Source: an uncultured Actinomycetota bacterium (lineage in GTDB: Bacteria > Actinomycetota > Actinomycetes > Mycobacteriales > QHCD01). From it: DNA of 64,000 nt. Location: positions 49,525 through 113,524 of the forward strand of contig CAWINQ010000005.1 of assembly GCA_963837545.1 (NCBI GenBank). The letters are read 5' to 3'. The translations under genes were made by a program, and so were the position numbers. The notes under the pieces are model-generated. The model worked only from the letters and a program-made list of their open reading frames with translations. It did not search any database and was not told where the DNA came from. Position 1 is the first letter of the stretch; each line of letters opens with the position of its first letter. Positions 16,957 through 26,338 of the stretch are shown in pieces.

Positions 16957-17858
16957 CCTCGCCGGCCGCGGGTGCGGCTCCCTTCTCCTGGAACCTCATC
17001 GCCGACGTCCAGCAGATGTGGACGTACCCGTTCATGGTCAACGCGTTCCGGGCCGGGACGATCGTGGCCCTGGTGGCCGGTCTGATCGGGTGGTTCATGG
17101 TGTTGCGCCGACAGTCCTTCGCGGGGCACACGCTGTCCCTCGTTGCGTTTCCCGGGGCGTCGGCCGCCGTACTCCTCGGATTGAGCGCGACCGTCGGGTT
17201 CTTCGCGTTCGCGGTCGCGGCGGCGCTGGTGATCGCCGCCGCCCCGGGCGGTGCCGCCAGAAGCACCGGTCGATACAGCGAGGAGTCGGCGGTCATCGGC
17301 ACCGTGCAGGCCTGCGCGCTCGCCTGCGGATTTCTCTTCGTGGCGCTCTACAAGGGCTTTCTCACCGGCCTGAACTCCCTGCTGTTCGGCAGTTTCCTGG
17401 GTATCACCACCGACCAGATACTCACCCTGGCAGCCGCCGGCGGACTGGCGCTGGCCGTCCTCGCGGCCATCGGCCGCCCCTTGCTCTTCGCCTCCGTCGA
17501 CCCGGACGTCGCCGCGGCCCGCGGGCTTCCGGTGCGCGGCCTGGGCGCGGCGTTCCTGGTCCTGTTGGGGGTCGCGGCGGCCGAAGCCAGCCAGATCACC
17601 GGCTCGCTCCTGGTCTTCGCCCTGCTCGTGATGCCGGCGGCGGCGGCGCAGCGACTCACGCCGCGCCCGGTGCTCAGCCTGGCGCTGACCGCCGTGATCG
17701 GGATGGCGGCGACCTGGGCCGGCCTGACACTGGCCTACTTCACGCCCTACCCGGTGGGCTTCTACACCACGACGGTCGCGTTCGGGATCTATCTCGTCGC
17801 CACCGCCCTGGGTGGCAAGAAGGTGCGGCGACAGCACGCCCGGGCAGCGGTCGCATGA
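16953..17858 (+). CDS. znuB: ABC-3 family metal transporter permease.
   Basis: Polytopic ABC-3 permease. ATGA overlap with the flanking genes. Confidence 0.75.
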   Translation: MTSPAAGAAPFSWNLIADVQQMWTYPFMVNAFRAGTIVALVAGLIGWFMVLRRQSFAGHTLSLVAFPGASAAVLLGLSATVGFFAFAVAAALVIAAAPGGAARSTGRYSEESAVIGTVQACALACGFLFVALYKGFLTGLNSLLFGSFLGITTDQILTLAAAGGLALAVLAAIGRPLLFASVDPDVAAARGLPVRGLGAAFLVLLGVAAAEASQITGSLLVFALLVMPAAAAQRLTPRPVLSLALTAVIGMAATWAGLTLAYFTPYPVGFYTTTVAFGIYLVATALGGKKVRRQHARAAVA

Positions 17859-18721
17859 GCGGTTCCGGGGGGCTCACCGACCTCTTCACCCACCCGTTCA
17901 TCCGCGACGCCCTGCTGGCGGGGACTCCGATCGCCGCCGCGGCCGGGCTGGTCGGCTACTTCCTCGTCCTCCGCGGCCAGGTCTTCACCGGCGACGCGCT
18001 CGGGCACGTCGCCTACACCGGCGCGCTGGCGGCGCTCGCGTTCGGGATCGATCCGCGGCTGGGCCTCTTCGCCGCGACCATCGCCGCCGGCCTGCTGCTC
18101 GGCCGCCTGGGGCGGCGGGCCGGTGCCGACGACGTCATCATCGGCTGCCTCTTCGCGTGGGTGCTCGGCCTCGGGGTCTTCTTCCTCACCGTATACACGA
18201 CCCACCGCAGCGCCGGAAACGGCGCGGCCAGCGTCAACTTCCTGTTCGGTTCGATCTTCGGTCTCTCCGCAGGGGGGGCACGCCTCGCCGCCGTGATCGC
18301 CACGGCGGTCTGCCTGGTGGTGCTCCTCGTCGCCCGTCCGTTGCTGTTCGCCTCGATCGATGCCGCGGTCGCCGCCAGCCGAGGCGTCCCGGTCCGGACG
18401 CTCGGCCTCGCACTGTTGATGCTGGTCGCGGTGGTGGCCGCCGAGGCGACCCAGGCGGTGGGCGCGTTGCTGGTGCTGGGGCTCCTCGCCGCGCCGGCCG
18501 GAGCCGCCAGCCGGATCAGTGCCCGTCCCTACCGCGCACTCGGCCTGTCGGCGTCGTTCGGCGTCGCCGCGATGTGGATCGGACTGGTCGTCTCCTACCT
18601 CGCCTCGAGCATCCCGCCGAGCTTCTCGATCATGGCCGTCGCCGGGCTGTTCTACCTCGCCGCGGCACTGATCACGGCCCGGCGTTCCGGGAGGCGGGAG
18701 ATCCAGCCGAGCCGGGCATGA
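17855..18721 (+). CDS. Second ABC-3 family metal transporter permease (ZnuB paralogue).
   Basis: Paralogous to the previous permease. ATGA overlap. Confidence 0.7.
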   Translation: MSGSGGLTDLFTHPFIRDALLAGTPIAAAAGLVGYFLVLRGQVFTGDALGHVAYTGALAALAFGIDPRLGLFAATIAAGLLLGRLGRRAGADDVIIGCLFAWVLGLGVFFLTVYTTHRSAGNGAASVNFLFGSIFGLSAGGARLAAVIATAVCLVVLLVARPLLFASIDAAVAASRGVPVRTLGLALLMLVAVVAAEATQAVGALLVLGLLAAPAGAASRISARPYRALGLSASFGVAAMWIGLVVSYLASSIPPSFSIMAVAGLFYLAAALITARRSGRREIQPSRA

Positions 18722-18737
18722 CCCCGGTGGCCCGACG

Positions 18738-19122
18738 CTACATGGCCGCGATCTGGATGAGGTTGCCGCAGGTGTCGTCGAACACGGCCGTCGTGACGGG
18801 ACCCATCTGCGTGGGAGGCTGGGTGAAGGTCACACCGAGACCGTGAAGTCGCTCGTACTCGGCCTGAACGTCCTTGACGGAGAACGAGGTGAACGGGATT
18901 CCGTCGTCGACGAGCGCCTCCTTGAACGGGCCGACGGCCGGGTGGGCAGCCGGGCTCGAGCAACAGCTCGACACCGTCGGGATCCTCGGGCGAGACGACG
19001 GTCAGCCACCGCGCTTCGCCCATAGGCACGTCGTTCTTCTGCACGAAGCCGAGCACGTCGGTGTAGAACGCGAGAGCCTTGTCCTGGTCGTCGACCAGGA
19101 CGCTGGTGATGGTGATCCTCAT
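18738..19122 (-). pseudogene. VOC (glyoxalase / bleomycin-resistance) family protein, with an apparent 1-nt frameshift near 18950.
   Basis: N-terminal half (MRITITSVLVDDQDKALAFYTDVLGF...LLLEP) and C-terminal half (AAHPAVGPFKEAL...GVTFTQPP) are in different frames. One extra G in a CCCGG run separates them. Confidence 0.6.
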
Positions 19123-19412
19123 CTGTCCGGCTCCTTCGTCGGCCATCGCTCCGCGATCTCACGCAGGGGCGAGGTGTCGAGGTGATGAAACTTGTATCGA
19201 CCCGAGCGCTCGGTCCGGACGAGCCCGGCCGACTCGAGCACGTCAAGGTGCTGGGAGATGGCCTGCCTCGTGGCGCTTACGCCGTGGCGGGAGATGAGAC
19301 GCCCACAGATCTCGAACAGGGTCTGACCGTCGCGATCGGTCAGCTCGTCCAGGATCGCCCGCCGGGTCGGGTCGGACAGCGCTTTGAACAGGTCACCCAC
19401 TGCCGACACCAT
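19119..19412 (-). CDS. ArsR/SmtB-family HTH transcriptional regulator.
   Basis: LSDPTRRAILDEL wing-helix motif. Overlaps the VOC gene start by 4 nt. Confidence 0.75.
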   Translation of the reverse strand: MVSAVGDLFKALSDPTRRAILDELTDRDGQTLFEICGRLISRHGVSATRQAISQHLDVLESAGLVRTERSGRYKFHHLDTSPLREIAERWPTKEPDR

Positions 19413-19432
19413 AGGCAAGTAGCCACTTGCCT
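19413..19432. promoter_or_regulatory. Inverted repeat AGGCAAGT-AGCC-ACTTGCCT abutting the arsR-family start codon. Candidate autoregulatory operator.
   Basis: Perfect 8-4-8 palindrome immediately upstream of the ATG. A TTGACA hexamer lies just beyond it on the coding strand. Confidence 0.5.
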
Positions 19433-19480
19433 GTCAAGAAGACCTCCACCAACCCGGGCTTTCGCGGCGGCCGGTGGCGG

Positions 19481-19546
19481 GCATCATCGTGCGTCGTACT
19501 CGCCTATCCGGGCCGATCCTGCGAGTAGGGCGCACGATGATGATGC
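19481..19546. repeat. Palindromic intergenic repeat, A-type unit, copy 3.
   Basis: GCATCATCGTGCGTCGTACTCGC-ctatccgggccgatcc-TGCGAGTAGGGCGCACGATGATGATGC. Confidence 0.8.
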
Positions 19547-19652
19547 GGGGATGGCACCGCGGATTCGCAGCTACCGCACGGGTGATGATGCCGTCGCGCT
19601 CGCGGGCGGCGACCAGTCACCTCGTCTAGACTGCCGTGAAGGGCGCGCCGTC

Positions 19653-21002
19653 ATGAGCGAAGGAGTTGCGGTGAGCGGAGGCCACCCGACTCGGGATGAG
19701 CAGCCCCGCTCGGCCGCGACGGTCGAAGGCTCCGGGAGTCTGCTGCAGCTCGTGCGTCACGCGCCAGGCAGCACCATAGCGGAGCTGGCCGCACGGATGG
19801 GCTGGTCGCGATCGACCGTGATCCAGCGGCTCGAATTCCTCCAGCAGGACAAGCTCATAGCCTTCCAGACCGCGTCAACCGGATCTCGGGGACGACCGCC
19901 GGCGACGATCACGTTCAATCCGCAGGCCGGCATCGTGCTGGCCGGTCAGGTCGGCCTGTCCGGATGCCGGCTCGCCGCGACCGACCTGACCGGCGAGGTC
20001 CTGGCCGCGCGATTCGTCAGCACCGACATCTCCGCCGGTCCGGCGGCGCTGCTCGGCGAGCTGCAAAACACGTTCGACGCCATGGTGACTGAACTCGGAA
20101 CGGAGTCCTCGGCCGTAGCGGGCATCGGCGTGGGAATGCCGAGCACGGTCGAACTGCAGAATTACTCGCGGTCGCTGGGGCTGTCGGGTGCCGGATGGGA
20201 CGGCGACTGGTTTCGCCGCAAGCTCTGGGAGCACTACGACGCGCCAGTCTTCCTCGACCTGGACGTCAACCTGCTAGCGCTGGCCGAACGTCGAAAGTCG
20301 TGGCCCGACGCCGAGGTCTTCGTCTGCGTCAAGCTGGGAACCCTCATCGACGCGGCGATCGTCGTCAACGACACACCTGTCCGCGGCGCGAGCAATCTGG
20401 CCGGCGAGCTCGGCCACATCAAGATCGCCGGATCGACGGCGCCCTGCAGCTGTGGCAGCTTCGGGTGCCTCGACGCGGTGGCCAGTGGGAGCGCTCTCGT
20501 CAGGCAGCTCACCGAGGAGGGCGTCGCGGTGACCGACGTCTCGGATGTGGTCGCCCTTGCGCGGCACGGGCATCCCAGCGCTGTCCGGTGCGTGCGCGAT
20601 GCAGGCAAGATGATCGGCGACGCGCTCGCATCGGTCGTCAACTTGCTGAACCCTGCGGTGATCGTGACCTGGGGATACCTGACCGAGGCCCAGGCGCCGT
20701 TGTTCGCAGGCATCCGTGAAGGGCTCTATCAGAAGGCGTTGCCGGGCGCGAGCAAGCAACTGAACCTCGCGAGTGCCGCTCTCGGCGACCTCGCCGGTGT
20801 CCGAGGCGCATCGATGCTGGTCGTCGACGAGTTGCTCGAGCCCGCGGCTGTGGACCGAACGATCCTCACCCTGTCGTGGTCGGAGGCCTGGATCGGGATG
20901 CGCCCCACCCCGGCCGAGGCGGACGAACGCCGATCCGCAGGTGACGGCAACGACCCGAGCGATCTCAGCGCTTGGCGAGCCGCCGGTGTCAGCCTGTACT
21001 GA
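19653..21002 (+). CDS. ROK-family transcriptional regulator (NagC/XylR-like).
   Basis: N-terminal HTH plus ROK sugar-kinase-like fold with the CSCGSFGCLDAVASGSAL zinc motif. Confidence 0.75.
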   Translation: MSEGVAVSGGHPTRDEQPRSAATVEGSGSLLQLVRHAPGSTIAELAARMGWSRSTVIQRLEFLQQDKLIAFQTASTGSRGRPPATITFNPQAGIVLAGQVGLSGCRLAATDLTGEVLAARFVSTDISAGPAALLGELQNTFDAMVTELGTESSAVAGIGVGMPSTVELQNYSRSLGLSGAGWDGDWFRRKLWEHYDAPVFLDLDVNLLALAERRKSWPDAEVFVCVKLGTLIDAAIVVNDTPVRGASNLAGELGHIKIAGSTAPCSCGSFGCLDAVASGSALVRQLTEEGVAVTDVSDVVALARHGHPSAVRCVRDAGKMIGDALASVVNLLNPAVIVTWGYLTEAQAPLFAGIREGLYQKALPGASKQLNLASAALGDLAGVRGASMLVVDELLEPAAVDRTILTLSWSEAWIGMRPTPAEADERRSAGDGNDPSDLSAWRAAGVSLY

Positions 21003-22152
21003 CGGCGCTGGGCACCGCGTAGTCGGGCACGACGGTCTCTACCCCGCCGGCGAGAGCTGAACGGTGTGCGCAGATTCCCGGCGCGGTCCACGCCGCCGCG
21101 CGGCGGGCATCGATGCGTGGCGTGCGCCGTTCGACGATGCTGCGGACGAACTCGTGGACGAGGAAGGGGTGCGATCCCCCGTGATGCGCGCCGACCCTGA
21201 CCTTGTCCGTCATCCCGGGCAGCAGCACATCGGACTCCCGGGTGAACTGGCCGAGCTGCGCAGGCAGCAACTCAGAACGGTCCCTTGGGGTCAGATTCGT
21301 GGTCCTGACGACATTCCCACGATCACGTGCCGCCGGCGGAGACATCTCGAACAGTGCCAGATCACCGTCGTTGTCGGGCGGCCACTCGACACCTCGGTGC
21401 TCGCCGTAGAGGGAGAACCCCTCGATGTAACTGCGTGCCGTCTGGAAGAAGGACATGGTGATATCGGCGAGCACCTCGCTACCGTCGAGTGTGAACAGGC
21501 CGACCTCGGTGGGGAACGGGTTGTCGAAGCCACCGGTGGACCGGGCGGCGGTCAGCCGTCCGGCACCCCGGCACTGGACACTTTTCACCCTGGCCTCGAG
21601 CAGGGACAGCAGCGGCGACAGCGCATGGGTCACGTAGTGCATCGGCGGATAGCCCTGCCAGTACTGCGGAAAGCCGTCGAGATTCTGGATGTGGAAGCCG
21701 CGGTAGAGGGTCAGGTCGCCGAACTCGCCGCGGCGGTACATCTCGTCGATCGTCAGGTATTCGCGTCCGTAGACCGTGGTCTCCATCATCATGTAGTTCG
21801 CGCCGCTCGCCTCCTGTGCGGCGATGATGCGGTCGAGGTCGTCGAGCGTCGTCGCCATCGGGACGGCGCAGGCGCAGTGTTTGCCTGCCTCAAGCGTCGC
21901 GACGACCATGTCCGCGTGCAGATGGACGGGCGCGAGGATGTGCACGGCGTCTATACCGGGCTCGGTCAAGGCGTGAGCGAGGTCGGCGTGGCCCTCTCCG
22001 ATCCCGAACCGGGCGCCGATCTCCCGCCGCCGGACGTCATCCGGATCGACGAGGACTACGGACGAGATGTCGGGATGGCTCAGGTAGATGGGCACGAAAT
22101 CCGCGCCGAAGCCCAGGCCGACGACCGCGATCGTCAGACCCGACTCACTCAT
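20989..22152 (-). CDS. Gfo/Idh/MocA-family NAD(P)-dependent oxidoreductase.
   Basis: N-terminal IAVVGLGFGADFVP Rossmann motif. 387 aa. Confidence 0.75.
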   Translation of the reverse strand: MSESGLTIAVVGLGFGADFVPIYLSHPDISSVVLVDPDDVRRREIGARFGIGEGHADLAHALTEPGIDAVHILAPVHLHADMVVATLEAGKHCACAVPMATTLDDLDRIIAAQEASGANYMMMETTVYGREYLTIDEMYRRGEFGDLTLYRGFHIQNLDGFPQYWQGYPPMHYVTHALSPLLSLLEARVKSVQCRGAGRLTAARSTGGFDNPFPTEVGLFTLDGSEVLADITMSFFQTARSYIEGFSLYGEHRGVEWPPDNDGDLALFEMSPPAARDRGNVVRTTNLTPRDRSELLPAQLGQFTRESDVLLPGMTDKVRVGAHHGGSHPFLVHEFVRSIVERRTPRIDARRAAAWTAPGICAHRSALAGGVETVVPDYAVPSAVSTG

Positions 22153-22463
22153 GCGAGCGACACCTGCTCTTCGTCACCGGTCAGGAACTCCACCGTTCCC
22201 GTGACGAAGTTGGCCAGGTCGTCGCGCGCCGCGACACCCTCCGGGGAGGCCATGATCGACGCCATCGCCTCCGCCGAGTCGGCATAAAGCTCGGCGACCA
22301 GCAGGTAAGGGCCGGGGAGATCGCCGTCCTGGTCGATCCAGGAGAGGTTCCAGCCGGTCAGTCCGTTCATCTTCCGAGCGATCGGAATATGGGTCTCGAG
22401 GTAATAGCGCCGGAAGTGGTCCGGGTCCTTGGGCATGCCGTAGAGGATGGTCATCCGGTACAT
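22149..22463 (-). CDS. EthD-family small protein.
   Basis: 104 aa. Conserved pattern MASPEG...NF. Confidence 0.5.
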   Translation of the reverse strand: MYRMTILYGMPKDPDHFRRYYLETHIPIARKMNGLTGWNLSWIDQDGDLPGPYLLVAELYADSAEAMASIMASPEGVAARDDLANFVTGTVEFLTGDEEQVSLA

Positions 22464-22466
22464 CCG

Positions 22467-23315
22467 TCAAGCCTCCTGCTGCATACGCGGCGGCAGAATG
22501 ATCCGCGTGTAGGACGACATGTGGTCGACCATGGCGACCTCGGTGGGAAGGCGCTCCATACTGGAGGCCCCGAGAAATCCGTCCACCCCGGGCACGTCCG
22601 CGATCACCTCGGCGGCCTGCTCGGGACTGTGGATGGGACCGCCATGGCACACGATGAGCACGTCGGGGTTGACCGCCCGCGCGGCCCTGGCCAGCTCCGC
22701 CACCTTGGTCTTCGCCCCCTCGATCGTCATCGCGGTCTGGGCACCGATCATGCCCGACGTCGTCAGCCCCATGTGGGGGACGACGACATCCGCTCCCGCC
22801 TTCGCCATCGCGGCGGCCTCCTCCGGGCTGGCGACGTAGGTGCACGTGAACAGGTCGAGGTCGTGCGCCTCCCCGATCATCTCGGCCTCGCGGTAGAAGC
22901 CGAGCCCGGTCTCCTCGAGATTGGCGCGGATGATCCCATCGAAAAGGCAGATGGTCGGGTAGTTCTGGACCCCGGAGAAGCCGGCCTCGCGGACCTTGCG
23001 GAGAAACCGTGGCATCGACCGGAACGGGTCCGTCCCGCACACCCCAGCGACGACGGGCGTGTGCTCCACGACGGGAATGATCTCCTCCCCCATCTCCATC
23101 ACGATGGCGTTCGCGTCGCCGTACGGCATGAGACCGGCCATCGAGCTGCGGCCGGCCATGCGGTAGCGGCCGGAGTTGTAGACGACGATGAAGTCGAGGC
23201 CGGCCACCTCCGAGCACTTGGCGGAGAGTCCGGTTCCGGCACCCCCACCGATGATCGGATGGCCTGCCGCCACCTTGTCACGGAGGCGCTGGACGATCTC
23301 GGTTCGGCTGTTCAT
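22467..23315 (-). CDS. Phosphoenolpyruvate-hydrolase-like TIM-barrel protein (Tm-1 C-terminal-domain homologue).
   Basis: 282-aa TIM-barrel-like protein. Paired with the UPF0261 gene immediately upstream. Confidence 0.6.
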   Translation of the reverse strand: MNSRTEIVQRLRDKVAAGHPIIGGGAGTGLSAKCSEVAGLDFIVVYNSGRYRMAGRSSMAGLMPYGDANAIVMEMGEEIIPVVEHTPVVAGVCGTDPFRSMPRFLRKVREAGFSGVQNYPTICLFDGIIRANLEETGLGFYREAEMIGEAHDLDLFTCTYVASPEEAAAMAKAGADVVVPHMGLTTSGMIGAQTAMTIEGAKTKVAELARAARAVNPDVLIVCHGGPIHSPEQAAEVIADVPGVDGFLGASSMERLPTEVAMVDHMSSYTRIILPPRMQQEA

Positions 23316-24583
23316 GCTCTGCTACCTTCCGCGATGCTGAGCCCTCGGGCCAGCGCGTGGGTGACTTCCACGGCGAAGTCGGGGTCGTTGATGGCCATGT
23401 CGTGCACGTGCAGTGGAATCCTGGGGTCGAGACCCGCTCGGAGAGCCTCGATGAGCGCCGCGTCTGCGGCCGGATCGTGGAACGGGGCCCCGGGGACGGA
23501 GATCTGGGAGAATCCCCGGGCCGGCACGTGCACCTCGACGAAGGCCACTGACCTGTTGAGCTTTCCGGCGATGATCGACCCGAGTTCGGCGCACTCGGGC
23601 TCGGCCGTCCGCATCAGGGTGACGTTCGGGTTGTGCGCGTGGAATGTGCGTCCGGCAAATCGTTCCGGGACGGTGCCCGGCGCCCCGAAGTTCACCATGT
23701 CGAGCGCACCCACACTCACCACCTGCGGCACTCCGCAGATGGCGGCCGCCTCGAGCCGGTCTGGCCCGGCCGAGCAGACGCCGCCGAGGAGTTCGTCGGC
23801 AAGCTCGGTCGTGGTGATGTCCGCGACGGCCGCGAAGAATCCGGACCGGATCGTCGCCTCCAGGGTGTGCCCACCGATGCCGTTGGCGTGGAACACCTGC
23901 ACCTCACTGCCACCTGCCGCGAGCCGGTCGCGCACGGCGGTCACGCACGTCGTCGTGACGCCGAACATCGAGCAAGCGACGGATCCTCCGGCGGGCGGCT
24001 CGACGCGCGTTGTCGGAGCCCGCACCATGCCGGCACAGGCATCCGCGGCGCGGGTCAGGACGGCGGTGCTGATCGAGTTGAGGCCCGCGATGTCCACGAC
24101 CGGATACATCATCATCAGGTCGCTCGTGCCGACGTAAGGCCGGGTATCACCCGCGACGATCGTGGATACCAGAACCTTCGGGCACCCGATAGGGAGTGCA
24201 GCGGCGACCTGGCTCATCACGAAGCCGGCGTTCGAGCCGCCCAGGATCATGACCGCCGACATTCGGCCCTGGTCATAGAGAGCGCGAACGACGGATGCCG
24301 CGCCGCGGGCCATCGCCGCCATTGCGTCGTTGCGGTCCTGCGCCGCGGCGAGCGACGCGATGTCCGCGCCACCCGCCCGGGCCACGGTGGCGCGGTCGAT
24401 GTCGGCCGCGATGGACGGCGACCCCAGGACGCCGGTGTCGACGAGGATCGCGGGGACACCCGACGATGCGAGGCGGTCCCGGACGAAGCCGTATTCAGGC
24501 CCCTTCGTGTCCAACGCCCCTACAAGGACGACGCTGCCCGGACTCGTGCCTCCCATGTCGCGCATCCGGTTACTTGACCGCAC
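23312..24583 (-). CDS. UPF0261 family protein (Tm-1 N-terminal-domain homologue).
   Basis: 423 aa. VLVGALDTKG-type N-terminus. ATGA-style overlap with the downstream partner. Confidence 0.65.
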   Translation of the reverse strand: MRSSNRMRDMGGTSPGSVVLVGALDTKGPEYGFVRDRLASSGVPAILVDTGVLGSPSIAADIDRATVARAGGADIASLAAAQDRNDAMAAMARGAASVVRALYDQGRMSAVMILGGSNAGFVMSQVAAALPIGCPKVLVSTIVAGDTRPYVGTSDLMMMYPVVDIAGLNSISTAVLTRAADACAGMVRAPTTRVEPPAGGSVACSMFGVTTTCVTAVRDRLAAGGSEVQVFHANGIGGHTLEATIRSGFFAAVADITTTELADELLGGVCSAGPDRLEAAAICGVPQVVSVGALDMVNFGAPGTVPERFAGRTFHAHNPNVTLMRTAEPECAELGSIIAGKLNRSVAFVEVHVPARGFSQISVPGAPFHDPAADAALIEALRAGLDPRIPLHVHDMAINDPDFAVEVTHALARGLSIAEGSRA

Positions 24584-25397
24584 CGAGCGAGAGCCCGTTG
24601 ATAAGCCGCTTCTGGGAGATCACAAACACCACCAGGAGTGGGAGCGACGTGAGCACCGCCAGCGCCATCAGTCCGTTCCAGTTCGCCGCGTACGTCGTGT
24701 TCTGCTGTGCGAGCAGCCCGCTGACCGGCAGCACCGTCCCCGCGGGCAGGAAGTTGATCGCGTAGACGAACTCACCCCAGGCCGAGATGAACACCACGCT
24801 CATGACGGTGAAGATCCCATTGCTCAGCATCGGCACGGTGATCGATCGGAACGCCTGAAACGTGCTGGCGCCGTCGATCTCCGCCGCCTCGTAGAGCGCC
24901 GGCGAGATCGACAGGGCGAACGGACGGAGCAGCATGATCCCGAACGGAAGCAGGAGGGCGATGTCGGCCAGGATCAGGCCCGGCAGGGTGCCGAGAAGGT
25001 GCCACTTCGCCAGGACGCTGTAGAGCGGAATGACCGTCATCGGCTGCGGCACCATCTGCAGGACGAGCAGTGCGGCCAGGACCACCGCGATCACCCTGCC
25101 CCACACGGGCGTGATCCGGCGCGCGAGTGCAAATGCGGCCGGTACGCCGATGGCGAGCACAATTGCCGTGACGAACACACCGATCTCGAGAGAGGTGACG
25201 ATCGCACCGATGCCCGAGCCGATGACGGCCCGGTAGGTGGCGATGGTGGGGGTGAACACCACGCCGTTGGGGTTCCGCAGCACCTCCGCACTGCTCTTCA
25301 GCGACGTGAGGACGATCCAGACCAGCGGCAGCAGATACACCAGGGCGAGCAGGCCGCGTGCAGCCATGAACAGCGCGCGAGTCGGTGCGTTGATCAC
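24570..25397 (-). CDS. Carbohydrate ABC transporter permease (MalG-like).
   Basis: EAAEIDGAS...F EAA loop. GTG start overlaps the stop of the upstream permease (GTGA). Confidence 0.75.
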   Translation of the reverse strand: MINAPTRALFMAARGLLALVYLLPLVWIVLTSLKSSAEVLRNPNGVVFTPTIATYRAVIGSGIGAIVTSLEIGVFVTAIVLAIGVPAAFALARRITPVWGRVIAVVLAALLVLQMVPQPMTVIPLYSVLAKWHLLGTLPGLILADIALLLPFGIMLLRPFALSISPALYEAAEIDGASTFQAFRSITVPMLSNGIFTVMSVVFISAWGEFVYAINFLPAGTVLPVSGLLAQQNTTYAANWNGLMALAVLTSLPLLVVFVISQKRLINGLSLGAVK

Positions 25398-26338
25398 TCC
25401 GCCACCTCCACCCGGATGCTCCGCACGTAGGGAACGGCGACCAGTGCCACGATGAACATCGAAATCACGGCAACGGTGGCGCCGCTGCTCATCTCGAAGT
25501 TCGAGAAGGCGGCGTAGTAGGACTGGACCGGGAGCGTGTTGGTCGCGGTGCCCGGCCCACCCTGGGTGAGGACGTAGAAGAAGTCGAAGCTCTTGAACGC
25601 GTAGAGGACCGTGAGGATGCCAAGGATCCACATGGTCGGCCGCAGGAGCGGCAGCACGATCTGCAGCTGGGTGCGCCAGTAGCCGGCACCGTCGATGGCC
25701 GCTGCCTCGACAATCTCCGGTGAGACCGCGAGCAGGCCGCCACGGAGGATGAGCGCCGAGAAGGGCAGTGCTGCCCACGCGATCACCCCGGCGACGCTCC
25801 ACAGAGCCAGGCCCGGAGAGCTGAGCCAGGAGATCGGGCCGATGCCCACCAGACCAAGTATGCCGTTGACGGCGCCGGAGTCGTCGAGGAGGAACTTCCA
25901 CACGCTGCCGCTGACGAGTGGTGGGAGCGCCCAGACGAACACCATGATGCTGAGCACGGCACTCGTCATGCGGCCTTTGAACGAGAGGATCGAGGCCGCG
26001 ATGAACCCCAACACCAAGTTGGATGCCAGAAGGACGACGGCGACCTCCACCGTCCGCAGCATCGACTTCCACACCGCCGACGACCCCAGGATGCCGGTGT
26101 AGTTGGCAAGACCGACGAAGTGCCAAGTGCCGATGATGTTGGTCGGGCCCACGTCACTCAGGGACATCCTGATGAGCACGACGAGCGGATACGCGGCGAA
26201 GGCGACCAGGAGAACGACCGCCGGGAGGACGAACGGCACCGGTGCCCTACGGGAGAAGTGCCCGCGGCCGCCCGACTGGCGCTCGTGCCGGAGCTGCCCG
26301 ACCGGTGTTTCCTGGGTTCGGGACGCCGTCATTGGCAC
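25394..26338 (-). CDS. Carbohydrate ABC transporter permease (MalF-like).
   Basis: EAAAIDGAGYWRTQ EAA loop. Six TM segments. Confidence 0.75.
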   Translation of the reverse strand: MPMTASRTQETPVGQLRHERQSGGRGHFSRRAPVPFVLPAVVLLVAFAAYPLVVLIRMSLSDVGPTNIIGTWHFVGLANYTGILGSSAVWKSMLRTVEVAVVLLASNLVLGFIAASILSFKGRMTSAVLSIMVFVWALPPLVSGSVWKFLLDDSGAVNGILGLVGIGPISWLSSPGLALWSVAGVIAWAALPFSALILRGGLLAVSPEIVEAAAIDGAGYWRTQLQIVLPLLRPTMWILGILTVLYAFKSFDFFYVLTQGGPGTATNTLPVQSYYAAFSNFEMSSGATVAVISMFIVALVAVPYVRSIRVEVAE

